Assembly: GCA_963714085.1 (NCBI GenBank)
Contig: OY970229.1
Coordinates: forward strand, 608,001-672,000
Length of the DNA: 64,000 nt
Origin: an uncultured Candidatus Micrarchaeota archaeon
Lineage (GTDB): Archaea > Micrarchaeota > Micrarchaeia > Anstonellales > Bilamarchaeaceae
Direction of reading: 5' to 3'
Shown: positions 48,709 to 57,301 of the stretch, piece after piece
Layout of the letters: each line of letters opens with the position of its first letter
How positions within the stretch are numbered: the first letter of the stretch is position 1
The notes under the pieces: model-generated
Told to the model about the DNA's origin: nothing
Seen by the model: the letters and a program-made list of their open reading frames with translations, nothing else
Database searches by the model: none
Program-made: the position numbers and the translations under genes

Positions 48709-49205
48709 AAGAAACCAAGGAGGCCGAACTCACGGACAGGTTCGTGGTCATAAAGGACAAGCCGCTCATGCTCTTATTGCGGAACATAGGCGCTGCGGTG
48801 GAGGAGGGGAAGGAAGCGAAGGTTCCTCTCATCGAGGCGGCGTATTTCGCGGAAAAGGGGAAGCTGCCGTTCACAAAAGACGAAATCCTCTCCCGTGCGT
48901 CCGAAAACGACCCGCTCGCGAAGGAGAAGTACCTGGTCATCGAGCACCTAAGGAGCAGGGGTTATATCACCCGCGTCTCGCTCGACACGGACGAGTTTTT
49001 GCGTTTGCACAGGAAGGGCTTCAGGCCTGGCGAGGACAGGACTTATTACCTGGTGAAGGTCGTGGCCGACTCGTGGGTGCCCAAGCCAGGGGAATTGGAC
49101 GAGGCCCTGGATTTCGCCGGCAAGCTGCGGAAGGAGCTGGTGATCGCAGTAGTCAGACCGAACGGGCTCAGGTTCATCAAGCTGGGAAGGGCTAATTTCG
49201 AATAG
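48705..49205 (+). CDS. endA: tRNA splicing endonuclease subunit, probably structural (beta) unit
   Basis: L.EA.Y, YLV..LR.RGY, YLVKV and RKE.VIAVV; catalytic Tyr and His positions appear replaced. Confidence 0.75.
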   Translation: MKETKEAELTDRFVVIKDKPLMLLLRNIGAAVEEGKEAKVPLIEAAYFAEKGKLPFTKDEILSRASENDPLAKEKYLVIEHLRSRGYITRVSLDTDEFLRLHRKGFRPGEDRTYYLVKVVADSWVPKPGELDEALDFAGKLRKELVIAVVRPNGLRFIKLGRANFE

Positions 49206-49206
49206 C

Positions 49207-49845
49207 TCAGAATATCTCTATCCTGGATTTCTCTGATATGTCCCTTCTCACGAAAAGGTAGGTCAGCAGCAGCGTGATGAACATGAACAACAGCGGGCTG
49301 ATGGGGAAGAACAGCAGCGCCGCGATGTAGAACAGCGCGTTTATGGTGCTGGAGAAGTCGTCATAGGTGTTGTCCATCAGGCGGCCAAGGTACTCCTCCT
49401 TGCTCATCTTCTCGTGCTTCTCTATGAGCTTCCCGTCCACCGAGAATATCAGCGGTATGTAGGTGCTGGTGCGTATCTCCATGAGCAGGTGGAAGAACGC
49501 GAATATCATGACCACCAGGATGAGCCCCAGATGCAGCAGGGAGATTGCCGTTGCGGCTGAGCCGATGGCACTGAGCACGAAGCCGGCCGCGACCACGAGG
49601 CCGCCGAGCATCGCGGTCAGTATGGTGAGGTTGTTCCTGAACAGGTCCGCCACCGGGGAGACGTTGCCTGCCTTGAGGACCGCGGCCGCCCAGCTGCGCC
49701 TGTACTCCGAGCGGACCTCGCGCGCGGTGTTGCCGCGCTTGAACGACCTGCCGCTGGTGATGATGCTTATGATGAAGCACAATGCGAAGATTGCCAGCGA
49801 CACGATCTCGGTGAAGTTCGATGAATCCCCGAACGTGAAGTCCAT
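49207..49845 (-). CDS. DUF599-like membrane protein
   Basis: R..W and .RN motifs; four TM helices. Confidence 0.6.
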   Translation of the reverse strand: MDFTFGDSSNFTEIVSLAIFALCFIISIITSGRSFKRGNTAREVRSEYRRSWAAAVLKAGNVSPVADLFRNNLTILTAMLGGLVVAAGFVLSAIGSAATAISLLHLGLILVVMIFAFFHLLMEIRTSTYIPLIFSVDGKLIEKHEKMSKEEYLGRLMDNTYDDFSSTINALFYIAALLFFPISPLLFMFITLLLTYLFVRRDISEKSRIEIF

Positions 49846-49905
49846 GGATTGCAATGGTACGAGAAAGCTTATTAAGTTGCGACGTGTATCGGTTTGGGAG
49901 AAGAC

Positions 49906-51417
49906 ATGGACAAGCAGCTCGGTACGATAGTGGCGCTCGAGGGCTCGCCCTCGACGTCCGATTTCTCGTTCGTGATAAACAGCGGGGCTGACGTCAAGAA
50001 AGGCCAATACGTCCAGGTGGAGAGCGGCAAGGAGCTGGTCTTCGGCTTCGTGGCCGAGATTGTGCGCGCTAACCGGTATTTCGAGCAGGTGGAATCCGTG
50101 GCCGAGTACGAGAAGTCCGGCAGGATAGCCGATTCCTTCCCTTCGGATGGCTGGGAGTACGTGCTCGCCCAGGTCAGGATACTGGGCAACCGCCAGAACG
50201 GGAAGTTCGTGAGGACCTTCACGCCGCCGTGCCCGGGCGCGGCGGTCTCGAATGCCGATGACGACGTCCTCAGGGAGTTCCTGGGCTTCGACGGGAACGG
50301 ACTGCACATGGGCGAGATACAGCACCACGACGTCGCGGCGAAGCTGAGCATGACTAGGCTGCTGCAGAAGCACCTGGCCATACTCGCCATGAGCGGAGCC
50401 GGGAAGAGCCATCTCGCGAGCGTGCTCCTCGAGGAGCTGCTCGAACGCAAGAAGGAGCAGGGGAGGATTGCGGTCATCGTCGTGGACATACACGGGGAGT
50501 ACAACGGCTTCGCGCATGATGAAAGATACGGCCATCTGACGAAGGTAGTCGAGGGGAGCGACATCGCGGTCCCGTTCAGGAAGGTCCCTCCGGAATTCGT
50601 GGAGGAATGGCTGCCGAATCTTTCGGGTCCGCAGCGCGAGCTGCTGCGCCATGCCATGCACGAGTTGCGCAAAAGCAAGGGAAAGGACGGGTACTCGCTA
50701 AAGGATCTATTAGCCGGAGTGAACGCGGCGGCTGTCGCGAAGGAGGACACGAAGAAGACCCTCGCCCGGGCGCTCAACGAGCTGCGCAGGTACAGGTTCC
50801 TCTCCCAGGGCAAGGAGAACCCGAAGCTGATTTCGGACATCCAGCCCGGAAAGCTGCTGATCCTGGATTTCAGCAGCATCGACTCGCTGCGCAAGAAGCA
50901 GATACTCGTGGCGCTGCTCGCAAGAAGATTGTTCAACCTGCGCAAGAAGGGCAGGATACCGCCGTTCCTCCTGCTCATCGAGGAGGCGCACAACTTCGCC
51001 CGTGAGAAGGCCGAGGCGCACGAGGCGATATCCAGGAGCGTCATAGAGACCATAGCCAGGGAAGGCAGGAAATTCGGCGCATCTTTATGCCTCATATCGC
51101 AGAGGCCGGTGAACCTCAGCACCACCGCGCTTTCACAATGCAACACGCACATCATATTACGTATCACGAACCCGAATGACCTGGACCACATACAGATGTC
51201 CAGCGAAGGCATAGACTCGCGGGTTGCGAAAAGCATCACCGGCCTCAAAGTCGGTGAGGCCATAATCGTGGGCGAGGCGGTCAACTATCCGGTGTTCGTC
51301 AGCATCCGCAACCGCAAGTCGCTCAAGCGCGAGAGGGGCGCGCCATTGCAGCAGCAGGCGCTGGACTACGAAATGGCCAAGGAAGATAAGGGGAAGCAGG
51401 TCGAGGCGTTCCTTTAG
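49906..51417 (+). CDS. herA: HerA-family helicase/ATPase with N-terminal HAS barrel
   Basis: HLAILAMSGAGKS, D.HGEY, EEAH, EGRKFG and SQRP motifs. Confidence 0.9.
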   Translation: MDKQLGTIVALEGSPSTSDFSFVINSGADVKKGQYVQVESGKELVFGFVAEIVRANRYFEQVESVAEYEKSGRIADSFPSDGWEYVLAQVRILGNRQNGKFVRTFTPPCPGAAVSNADDDVLREFLGFDGNGLHMGEIQHHDVAAKLSMTRLLQKHLAILAMSGAGKSHLASVLLEELLERKKEQGRIAVIVVDIHGEYNGFAHDERYGHLTKVVEGSDIAVPFRKVPPEFVEEWLPNLSGPQRELLRHAMHELRKSKGKDGYSLKDLLAGVNAAAVAKEDTKKTLARALNELRRYRFLSQGKENPKLISDIQPGKLLILDFSSIDSLRKKQILVALLARRLFNLRKKGRIPPFLLLIEEAHNFAREKAEAHEAISRSVIETIAREGRKFGASLCLISQRPVNLSTTALSQCNTHIILRITNPNDLDHIQMSSEGIDSRVAKSITGLKVGEAIIVGEAVNYPVFVSIRNRKSLKRERGAPLQQQALDYEMAKEDKGKQVEAFL

Positions 51418-51471
51418 CCACATCGCGCGCAAACCGCCAACTTTATAATTCTTGAGAGTAAAAACAGGAAC

Positions 51472-52299
51472 ATGCGACCGAGTACCCTGTTGATAGCGAT
51501 TTTTGCGTTGGCAGCATTAGCCTCCGCGGTTCCGGTGCAGATGACATCCCCGTTCGAGCAGACCATCAACACCGGGGACACGGTCTTCATCGGGACAATA
51601 GGCCCTGGCCAGACGCTGGCTGTGGAGATAAACCCCATCGTGACCACAGGGGGGATCTACGGCGCAGGAGGCCAGTACGACATCGCACAGGTCTCCAACC
51701 TGCCGCCTGGCTGGAATGCGCAGCAGAGCAAGCTGTACCAGAACCCGCTCCAGGTCAAGATAACCGCCGACAAGGCAGCGCCCCCGGGCCAATACAACGT
51801 GGACATCACGGTGATCAACGAGAACAACGGCGAGGAGCTCGGTAACGTCACGTTCACGGCGAGGATAAACGTAACCTGGGACGTGCTGGGCATGAGCGTC
51901 TCCCCGACGCAGGCCATCGCCGGGCCGGGCCAGCCGGCCCAGTTCGGGATAACGATTATGAACAAGGGCTCTGCGAGCGACACCTATATCGTGAACGCGA
52001 GCGGGGTGGACCAGTGGGATTTCGTCAAGCAGGTCTATGTGCCGGCGCAGAGCTCGATAACGGTCCCCTACGAGATAGCCGGCAATGAGGAGGAGACTTA
52101 CAACCCGAGCATAAGCGTGGTCTCGGTGTCGAGCGGCATAATACAGCAGGAGCAGAATGTCACGCTCACCGTGAGATCAGGCCTCATCGGGGACTATCGG
52201 GCGACCAGCGACGGCACGCTGCTTTTCCCGATCTTCGAGGCGCCTATATACGCCCTGGCAGGCCTTATCGGAGCTGCCGCTAAGCTGTTCGGATTATAA
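51472..52299 (+). CDS. secreted Ig-like-fold surface protein
   Basis: Signal peptide; LPPGW, A.PG.Y and N.G motifs; hydrophobic C-terminus. Confidence 0.7.
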   Translation: MRPSTLLIAIFALAALASAVPVQMTSPFEQTINTGDTVFIGTIGPGQTLAVEINPIVTTGGIYGAGGQYDIAQVSNLPPGWNAQQSKLYQNPLQVKITADKAAPPGQYNVDITVINENNGEELGNVTFTARINVTWDVLGMSVSPTQAIAGPGQPAQFGITIMNKGSASDTYIVNASGVDQWDFVKQVYVPAQSSITVPYEIAGNEEETYNPSISVVSVSSGIIQQEQNVTLTVRSGLIGDYRATSDGTLLFPIFEAPIYALAGLIGAAAKLFGL

Positions 52300-52331
52300 A
52301 ACTGACGACGGAAAGATAATCCTGATTCTGC

Positions 52332-53858
52332 ATGGATGACCGAGAAAAGGCGCTTGATTACATCATAGCCCGGCTCAGGAAAGGCCGCAGGGACGTCTCC
52401 AGCCTCAAGCTCGATGCCGCGAGGAAGCTCGGCATGGGAAGCGTGGTGAGGAACAGCGAACTCATCACGAGGGTGAGGGCGCGGAACCCGGAGCTGCTTC
52501 CGCTGCTACAGAAGCGCCCCATGCGCACGCTCTCCGGAGTGACCCCGGTCGCAGTCATGGTCAGACCCGAGGGCTCCTGCCCCTACTCCTGCGCATACTG
52601 CCCGACCGGGCTCGGCGCCAAGAGCTACACCGGCTTCGAGCCTGCGGCGCTCAGGGCGAGGGAGGAGGGTTTCGATTCCTACGGCCAGGTACGGAACAGG
52701 CTGAGGCATTACACCGAATGCGGACATCCTACTGACAAATGCGAGCTCATAGTGATGGGCGGCACGTTCCTGAGGATGGGCGCGGCCTATAAGCGCTCCT
52801 TCGTGAAGGGGATATACGACGCGCTGAACTGCAGGAGAGGCAGGACACTGGCGGATTCCCAGAAACGGAATGAGCACGCGCGCAGCCGAGCCGTGGGACT
52901 GACCATAGAGACCAGGCCCGACGTCTGCGGGGAAAAAGAGATAGACGAGATGCTCGGCTTCGGTGCGACGCGCGTCGAGCTCGGGGTCCAGCACCCGGAC
53001 GACAGGATATACAAGGCGATAAACAGGGGGCATGAGACCAGCGACGTGATAAGGGCGACCGCGCTGCTCAAGGACAGCGCGTTCAAGGTCCTCTACCATA
53101 TCATGCCGGGGCTGCCGGGGTCCAGCCCCAGGAAAGACGTATCGATGGTGAAGCGGCTCTTCTCCGACCAGAGGTTCAGGCCGGACATGCTGAAGATATA
53201 TCCAGCCCTGGTGATGCCCGGGACCGGGTTGGAGAGGATGATGCGGGAGGGCGGTTACGAACCGTACGACACCGAGAAGGCGGTGGAGACGATATCGGAG
53301 TTCTACCGCCATCTGCCCTCTTATGTGCGCGTGATGCGCATACAGCGCGACATACCCGCCGGCCTGATAGCCGCCGGTGTGAGGAACAGCAACCTGAGGC
53401 AGTTGGTCGAGGAGAGGATAGGGGAGAAGAGGATCAGGTCGCACGAGATCAGGATGCGGGAGATAGGCGGCTGCAGCATGAGGGGCTTCAGGACGAAAAG
53501 GCTCGAGTACGAAGCGAGCTCCGGCAAGGAGGTCTTCCTCTCTTACGAGAACGGCGATTCGATGATCGCCGGGTTCCTGCGCCTGCGCATCCCGCACGAG
53601 CCGTTCCGCAGGGAGATAAGCGAGGGGACCGGGCTCCTCAGGGAGCTCCACGTCTACGGAGCCGAGACGCGGCTCAGGCAGAGCGGGCGCGTGCAGCACA
53701 GGGGCGTCGGGAGCCGCCTGCTCATGGAAGCAGAACGGATCGCGCGCGATCAGTTCGATATGAGGAGGATGGCTGTCATAAGCGGGATAGGCGCAAGGGA
53801 CTACTACAGGAAAAGGGGATACCGCCTCGAAGGCGGCTACATGACGAAAAAGATATGA
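52332..53858 (+). CDS. elp3: Elp3 tRNA wobble-U carboxymethyltransferase (rSAM + KAT)
   Basis: CPYSCAYC, ETRPD, RIQRD, RELHVYG and QHRG.G motifs. Confidence 0.95.
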   Translation: MDDREKALDYIIARLRKGRRDVSSLKLDAARKLGMGSVVRNSELITRVRARNPELLPLLQKRPMRTLSGVTPVAVMVRPEGSCPYSCAYCPTGLGAKSYTGFEPAALRAREEGFDSYGQVRNRLRHYTECGHPTDKCELIVMGGTFLRMGAAYKRSFVKGIYDALNCRRGRTLADSQKRNEHARSRAVGLTIETRPDVCGEKEIDEMLGFGATRVELGVQHPDDRIYKAINRGHETSDVIRATALLKDSAFKVLYHIMPGLPGSSPRKDVSMVKRLFSDQRFRPDMLKIYPALVMPGTGLERMMREGGYEPYDTEKAVETISEFYRHLPSYVRVMRIQRDIPAGLIAAGVRNSNLRQLVEERIGEKRIRSHEIRMREIGGCSMRGFRTKRLEYEASSGKEVFLSYENGDSMIAGFLRLRIPHEPFRREISEGTGLLRELHVYGAETRLRQSGRVQHRGVGSRLLMEAERIARDQFDMRRMAVISGIGARDYYRKRGYRLEGGYMTKKI

Positions 53859-54677
53859 TCAGGGCAGCCCTTCCGGGGGTTTGAGCAGCTCGTCCTGCTG
53901 CTTGAGCAGCTTCAGATACTCGTTCTGCAGGTCCGCGAACTCCTTCTCCTCCTCGTCGCTGAATATCCTGACATGGCGCACGGCGTTCTTCACCTGTATC
54001 TTCGGCGAGATGTCCGCTATGAGCTTGAGGTTCTCGCTCAGCTTGTCCCGCACATCCGGCGTCACCCAGACCCTGCGGTTCTGCAGCTGGACCGCTACCT
54101 CCGGATGAGTAGGCGCTGGGAATAGCGAGCCGTTACTCACCTCGGCGGGCATGCCCAGCCTTCCAAGGACCAGAGCGATCTCCCTGCCCAAAGGCTCCTC
54201 GCCTTTGAGTATAGGGATGGGGACATCGAGCTTGCCTTTGCGCACCTGCTCGGCCAGCGAGTCCCGGACGTCCTTCTGCAGCCTCGCGAGCAGGAGCGCG
54301 AGCTTGGCGATGCTCTCCCGCTCTTCGTAGTTCCGCTTGAGCAGCGCTCCGCGGCTGGAGAGGAGCTCGTAGCTGCCGCCCGCGCGCTTCGCCATGCAAT
54401 CCGCCAGCTCCTTCGGCGGGCAGGAGGAGAGCAGCTGGTTGAGCCTCGCTATCTCCTGCTCGTTGGGAATTGCGATCTTCACCCCTGCGGCGTCCATCCT
54501 GGCCGAGAGCGCGTCGAGCTGACCCTGCACTGAGCGCAGGGCGGCCTCCGCCTGCTCCAGCGCGGCGGGTTCTGCCCCAGCGGACTTCCGGACGTCCAGC
54601 TTGAACGACAGCTCAGCCCTGCTTTTGGCCAGTTCTAGGAACGTGACGAGGTCTTTTGATTCCACGCTTGGCGCCAT
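53859..54677 (-). CDS. helical hypothetical protein
   Basis: 272-aa coiled-coil-like ORF overlapping the protease 3' end. Confidence 0.65.
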   Translation of the reverse strand: MAPSVESKDLVTFLELAKSRAELSFKLDVRKSAGAEPAALEQAEAALRSVQGQLDALSARMDAAGVKIAIPNEQEIARLNQLLSSCPPKELADCMAKRAGGSYELLSSRGALLKRNYEERESIAKLALLLARLQKDVRDSLAEQVRKGKLDVPIPILKGEEPLGREIALVLGRLGMPAEVSNGSLFPAPTHPEVAVQLQNRRVWVTPDVRDKLSENLKLIADISPKIQVKNAVRHVRIFSDEEEKEFADLQNEYLKLLKQQDELLKPPEGLP

Positions 54678-56361
54678 CGGATAACCCTTGGTCGTAGGCT
54701 TTCCTGACTAATATGTAGATTAGCACTATCAATATTAAAAACATTAACAACACGACGAGGATTGTCTGGAGGCCGGACGACGGCTGGGTTTGGGGCTGCG
54801 CCGCGGGGCGCGCCGATGATTCCATCCGCGCGAAGAGCGCGTCCAATCCCTCGGCGTAGCGCAGCGTGGTGAACGCCTCTGGCTCCAGGGACGTGTTGTT
54901 CTGGGCCGCGAGCCATGCGGCGTGGGACTGGTAGACCGCGCCCCAGAGCGAGATCCGCTTCTCGGCCAGCATCGCCTGCACCTGCGATTTCATGTCCGCG
55001 CTGCCCATGCCTACCATGTCGGAGTCCGCCTGGGAGGTCTCGATCACGTAGGTGCAGTCGAACAGCGCCGCGCCGTACCTGCCCTGGTCGAAGGACAGCC
55101 TGGCCGAATCCAGATGCTGCGCGAGGTCGGCATCCAGGTTGTCAAGGCCCTCGGCTTGGGCGAGCTCTGCGGACGCGAGCCCTTTCCATGCGGATTCGTT
55201 GAGCTCCGTGCCGTTCCTTCCAGCGGCGTCGCTGAGCAGGCCGGACACCGAGCACCAGGCGTAGGCGTACATGATCGCGTCGTAATCGCTGTACTTCTCA
55301 TCGACCGTGTCCGCGCCAGAGATGTCCGTGGAGTTCAGCTGGTTCTCGGCCCAGGATCTCCGCGCGTCCGCGCCCACCAGCCATTGGAAGTTCTCGCTCG
55401 TCTTTGGGATGTCTGGCAGCGATGCTATGCACCTGGCCACGGATTCCTTCTCCGTCTGCAGGTCTGTGTCCTGGGTGAGCATGGCGCCCACCGTGGAAGC
55501 CTCTATGTAATCCTCGAACGCCTCGTTGGCAGCGCTGAAGAGATAGCCTTTCCCCAGGATCTTCTCCTGCCTAGAGAGCTCCGAGGAGTAGTACTTCTTT
55601 ATGGTGGCGGAATCGTTGTCCGATGACGGAAGGCCCTGGACGGTCCGGTTCTCCAGCGACATCATGCCGGCTGCCACGTTGTAGAAACCGGCCGCGGCGG
55701 ATGGGTCGTACTGCGGCACGTCCGGGACCGGCTCGGACTCGCGTTCCAGTGATGGGGCGGGCAGGGACTGGTTGAAGAGCATGAATCCGATTGCGTCGTC
55801 CATGTTCCCGGCCTCGACCACCCTGAGCCCGGTGGCCGCTTCGCTGTTCCTGAGCATGAGGGTGTCGAAGATGCTGTCGTTCGGAGTCATGAAGTACTTC
55901 GCGCCCGATGCCGCCACAGCCAGGGATTTCTCATAGAGCCCGCCGACCTGTCCGACGCCGCCTTCGGGGTCCACCGCGCCGGTCATCATGGCGTCCTGCC
56001 TCGGGGACATGCCGGTCGCGGCGCCATAGGTGAGGACGGCTATCGCGGCGCCCGCGCTGGGACCGTCCACGTAGCTGGCTGAACCCGAGCTGATGCTGAC
56101 GATCGCATCGCAGCCGGACTCGTTGGCTTTCCCCAGCCCGTATTCCACGGCATCATGCACGGACTGCTGGGTTGTGGTGCTGGTCTGGGGATAGACGGAA
56201 AGATACGCCCCTCCGCTCCCGGGCACGATTGTCACGGAGATGTTCACGGTATCCGAACCCGAGCCCACCACGGCCGGCACGCTCATACCCGCGCTGCCGT
56301 TGCACTGCGCAACGCAGAGGGCGCTCAGCAGGATGAGGAACAGAAAACATCGTGGGTCCAT
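54613..56361 (-). CDS. secreted, membrane-anchored Lon-like (S16) serine protease
   Basis: Signal peptide; DGPSAG Ser and VGGLYEK Lys dyad; C-terminal TM; no AAA domain. Confidence 0.88.
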   Translation of the reverse strand: MDPRCFLFLILLSALCVAQCNGSAGMSVPAVVGSGSDTVNISVTIVPGSGGAYLSVYPQTSTTTQQSVHDAVEYGLGKANESGCDAIVSISSGSASYVDGPSAGAAIAVLTYGAATGMSPRQDAMMTGAVDPEGGVGQVGGLYEKSLAVAASGAKYFMTPNDSIFDTLMLRNSEAATGLRVVEAGNMDDAIGFMLFNQSLPAPSLERESEPVPDVPQYDPSAAAGFYNVAAGMMSLENRTVQGLPSSDNDSATIKKYYSSELSRQEKILGKGYLFSAANEAFEDYIEASTVGAMLTQDTDLQTEKESVARCIASLPDIPKTSENFQWLVGADARRSWAENQLNSTDISGADTVDEKYSDYDAIMYAYAWCSVSGLLSDAAGRNGTELNESAWKGLASAELAQAEGLDNLDADLAQHLDSARLSFDQGRYGAALFDCTYVIETSQADSDMVGMGSADMKSQVQAMLAEKRISLWGAVYQSHAAWLAAQNNTSLEPEAFTTLRYAEGLDALFARMESSARPAAQPQTQPSSGLQTILVVLLMFLILIVLIYILVRKAYDQGLSDGAKRGIKRPRHVPRTGQKQG

Positions 56362-56369
56362 TGCGATCA

Positions 56370-56936
56370 CTATAGCCTTTTGGCTGCCAATATGCCCTTG
56401 TCCGTCTTGAAGAACTCGTATTCCTCCGCCAGATAGAGCTTGCCGAGCTGGGAGCCGGCCCCTTTTATCGAGTCCACTATGCTGCCGCTCGGCAGATCCT
56501 CGTAGAGGTAGGCCACTGCGTAGGACTTCCCCATGGACCTGGCGTCCTCCTCCCTCTGCCTGAGCAGGATGCGCCTTATGTCCCTGCCTTCGAAGGACAG
56601 CAGGACCGCGGGGTCTTCGAGATATATGGCGTTCGTCTGCTCCCCGCCCCGCACCGTGCGCCTCTCCGGGTCGTATACCGCGGGCCATGAGAGGCCCACG
56701 CCTATGAGCATGCGGTTGACGCAGCAGCCGAATGAGGTCTTGTAGTCTATTATGCCGCCGACCTCGGCAGGCGTGACGTCGAAGGCGCACTTCTGCATCA
56801 CCTTGACGCATTCCTCCAGATCCTCGCGCGTGAGCCTCTTGACCTCGACCTGGTCCTCGTCGAGAAGGTAGAGGAATTTCTTCTTCTGGGCTTCCGGCTT
56901 CTTCTCCTCCTGCTTCAAGGCAAACGACTCGCTCAT
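56370..56936 (-). CDS. GNAT-like fold protein
   Basis: Degenerate motif A (FEGRDIRRILL) and LY...Y. Confidence 0.55.
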   Translation of the reverse strand: MSESFALKQEEKKPEAQKKKFLYLLDEDQVEVKRLTREDLEECVKVMQKCAFDVTPAEVGGIIDYKTSFGCCVNRMLIGVGLSWPAVYDPERRTVRGGEQTNAIYLEDPAVLLSFEGRDIRRILLRQREEDARSMGKSYAVAYLYEDLPSGSIVDSIKGAGSQLGKLYLAEEYEFFKTDKGILAAKRL

Positions 56937-56954
56937 CTCAAATACCCTCCGGAC

Positions 56955-57293
56955 TCACATGAATTTCGTGTTGCATGCCGGGCACTGGGTGAGGAAGGCC
57001 TCGCTCCTGTACCCGCATATAGGGCATATGTAATAAGTCCTTTTAGCCCTTTCCAATTCGGCTTCGAAGCTGTATTTGCACTGGCCGCACCTCGGGGCGT
57101 CCAGCTCGTTGAGGAAACCGCAGTTCGGGCACTTGCGCCTGAACATGCTCTTTATGTGCGTGCCGCACTTCGGGCAGCGCTCCATGTCCAGCGTGACCGG
57201 GGCGCCGCAGTTCGGGCAGTTCTGCGACTGGCCCTTATGCGTGGAGCCGGACTGGCCGCGCAGCGCGTCCTTGAACATCTGGAGGATTCCCAT
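56955..57293 (-). CDS. multi zinc-ribbon protein
   Basis: Six CxxC pairs. Confidence 0.85.
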   Translation of the reverse strand: MGILQMFKDALRGQSGSTHKGQSQNCPNCGAPVTLDMERCPKCGTHIKSMFRRKCPNCGFLNELDAPRCGQCKYSFEAELERAKRTYYICPICGYRSEAFLTQCPACNTKFM

Positions 57294-57301
57294 GCACCCA
57301 C

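Noticed and set aside
49906..51417. HerA as the CedB/VirB4 motor of the membrane operon
   Set aside because: It has the N-terminal HAS barrel and motifs of repair-type HerA, no TM segment, lies on the opposite strand and is separated by elp3; absence of adjacent nurA is not sufficient evidence.
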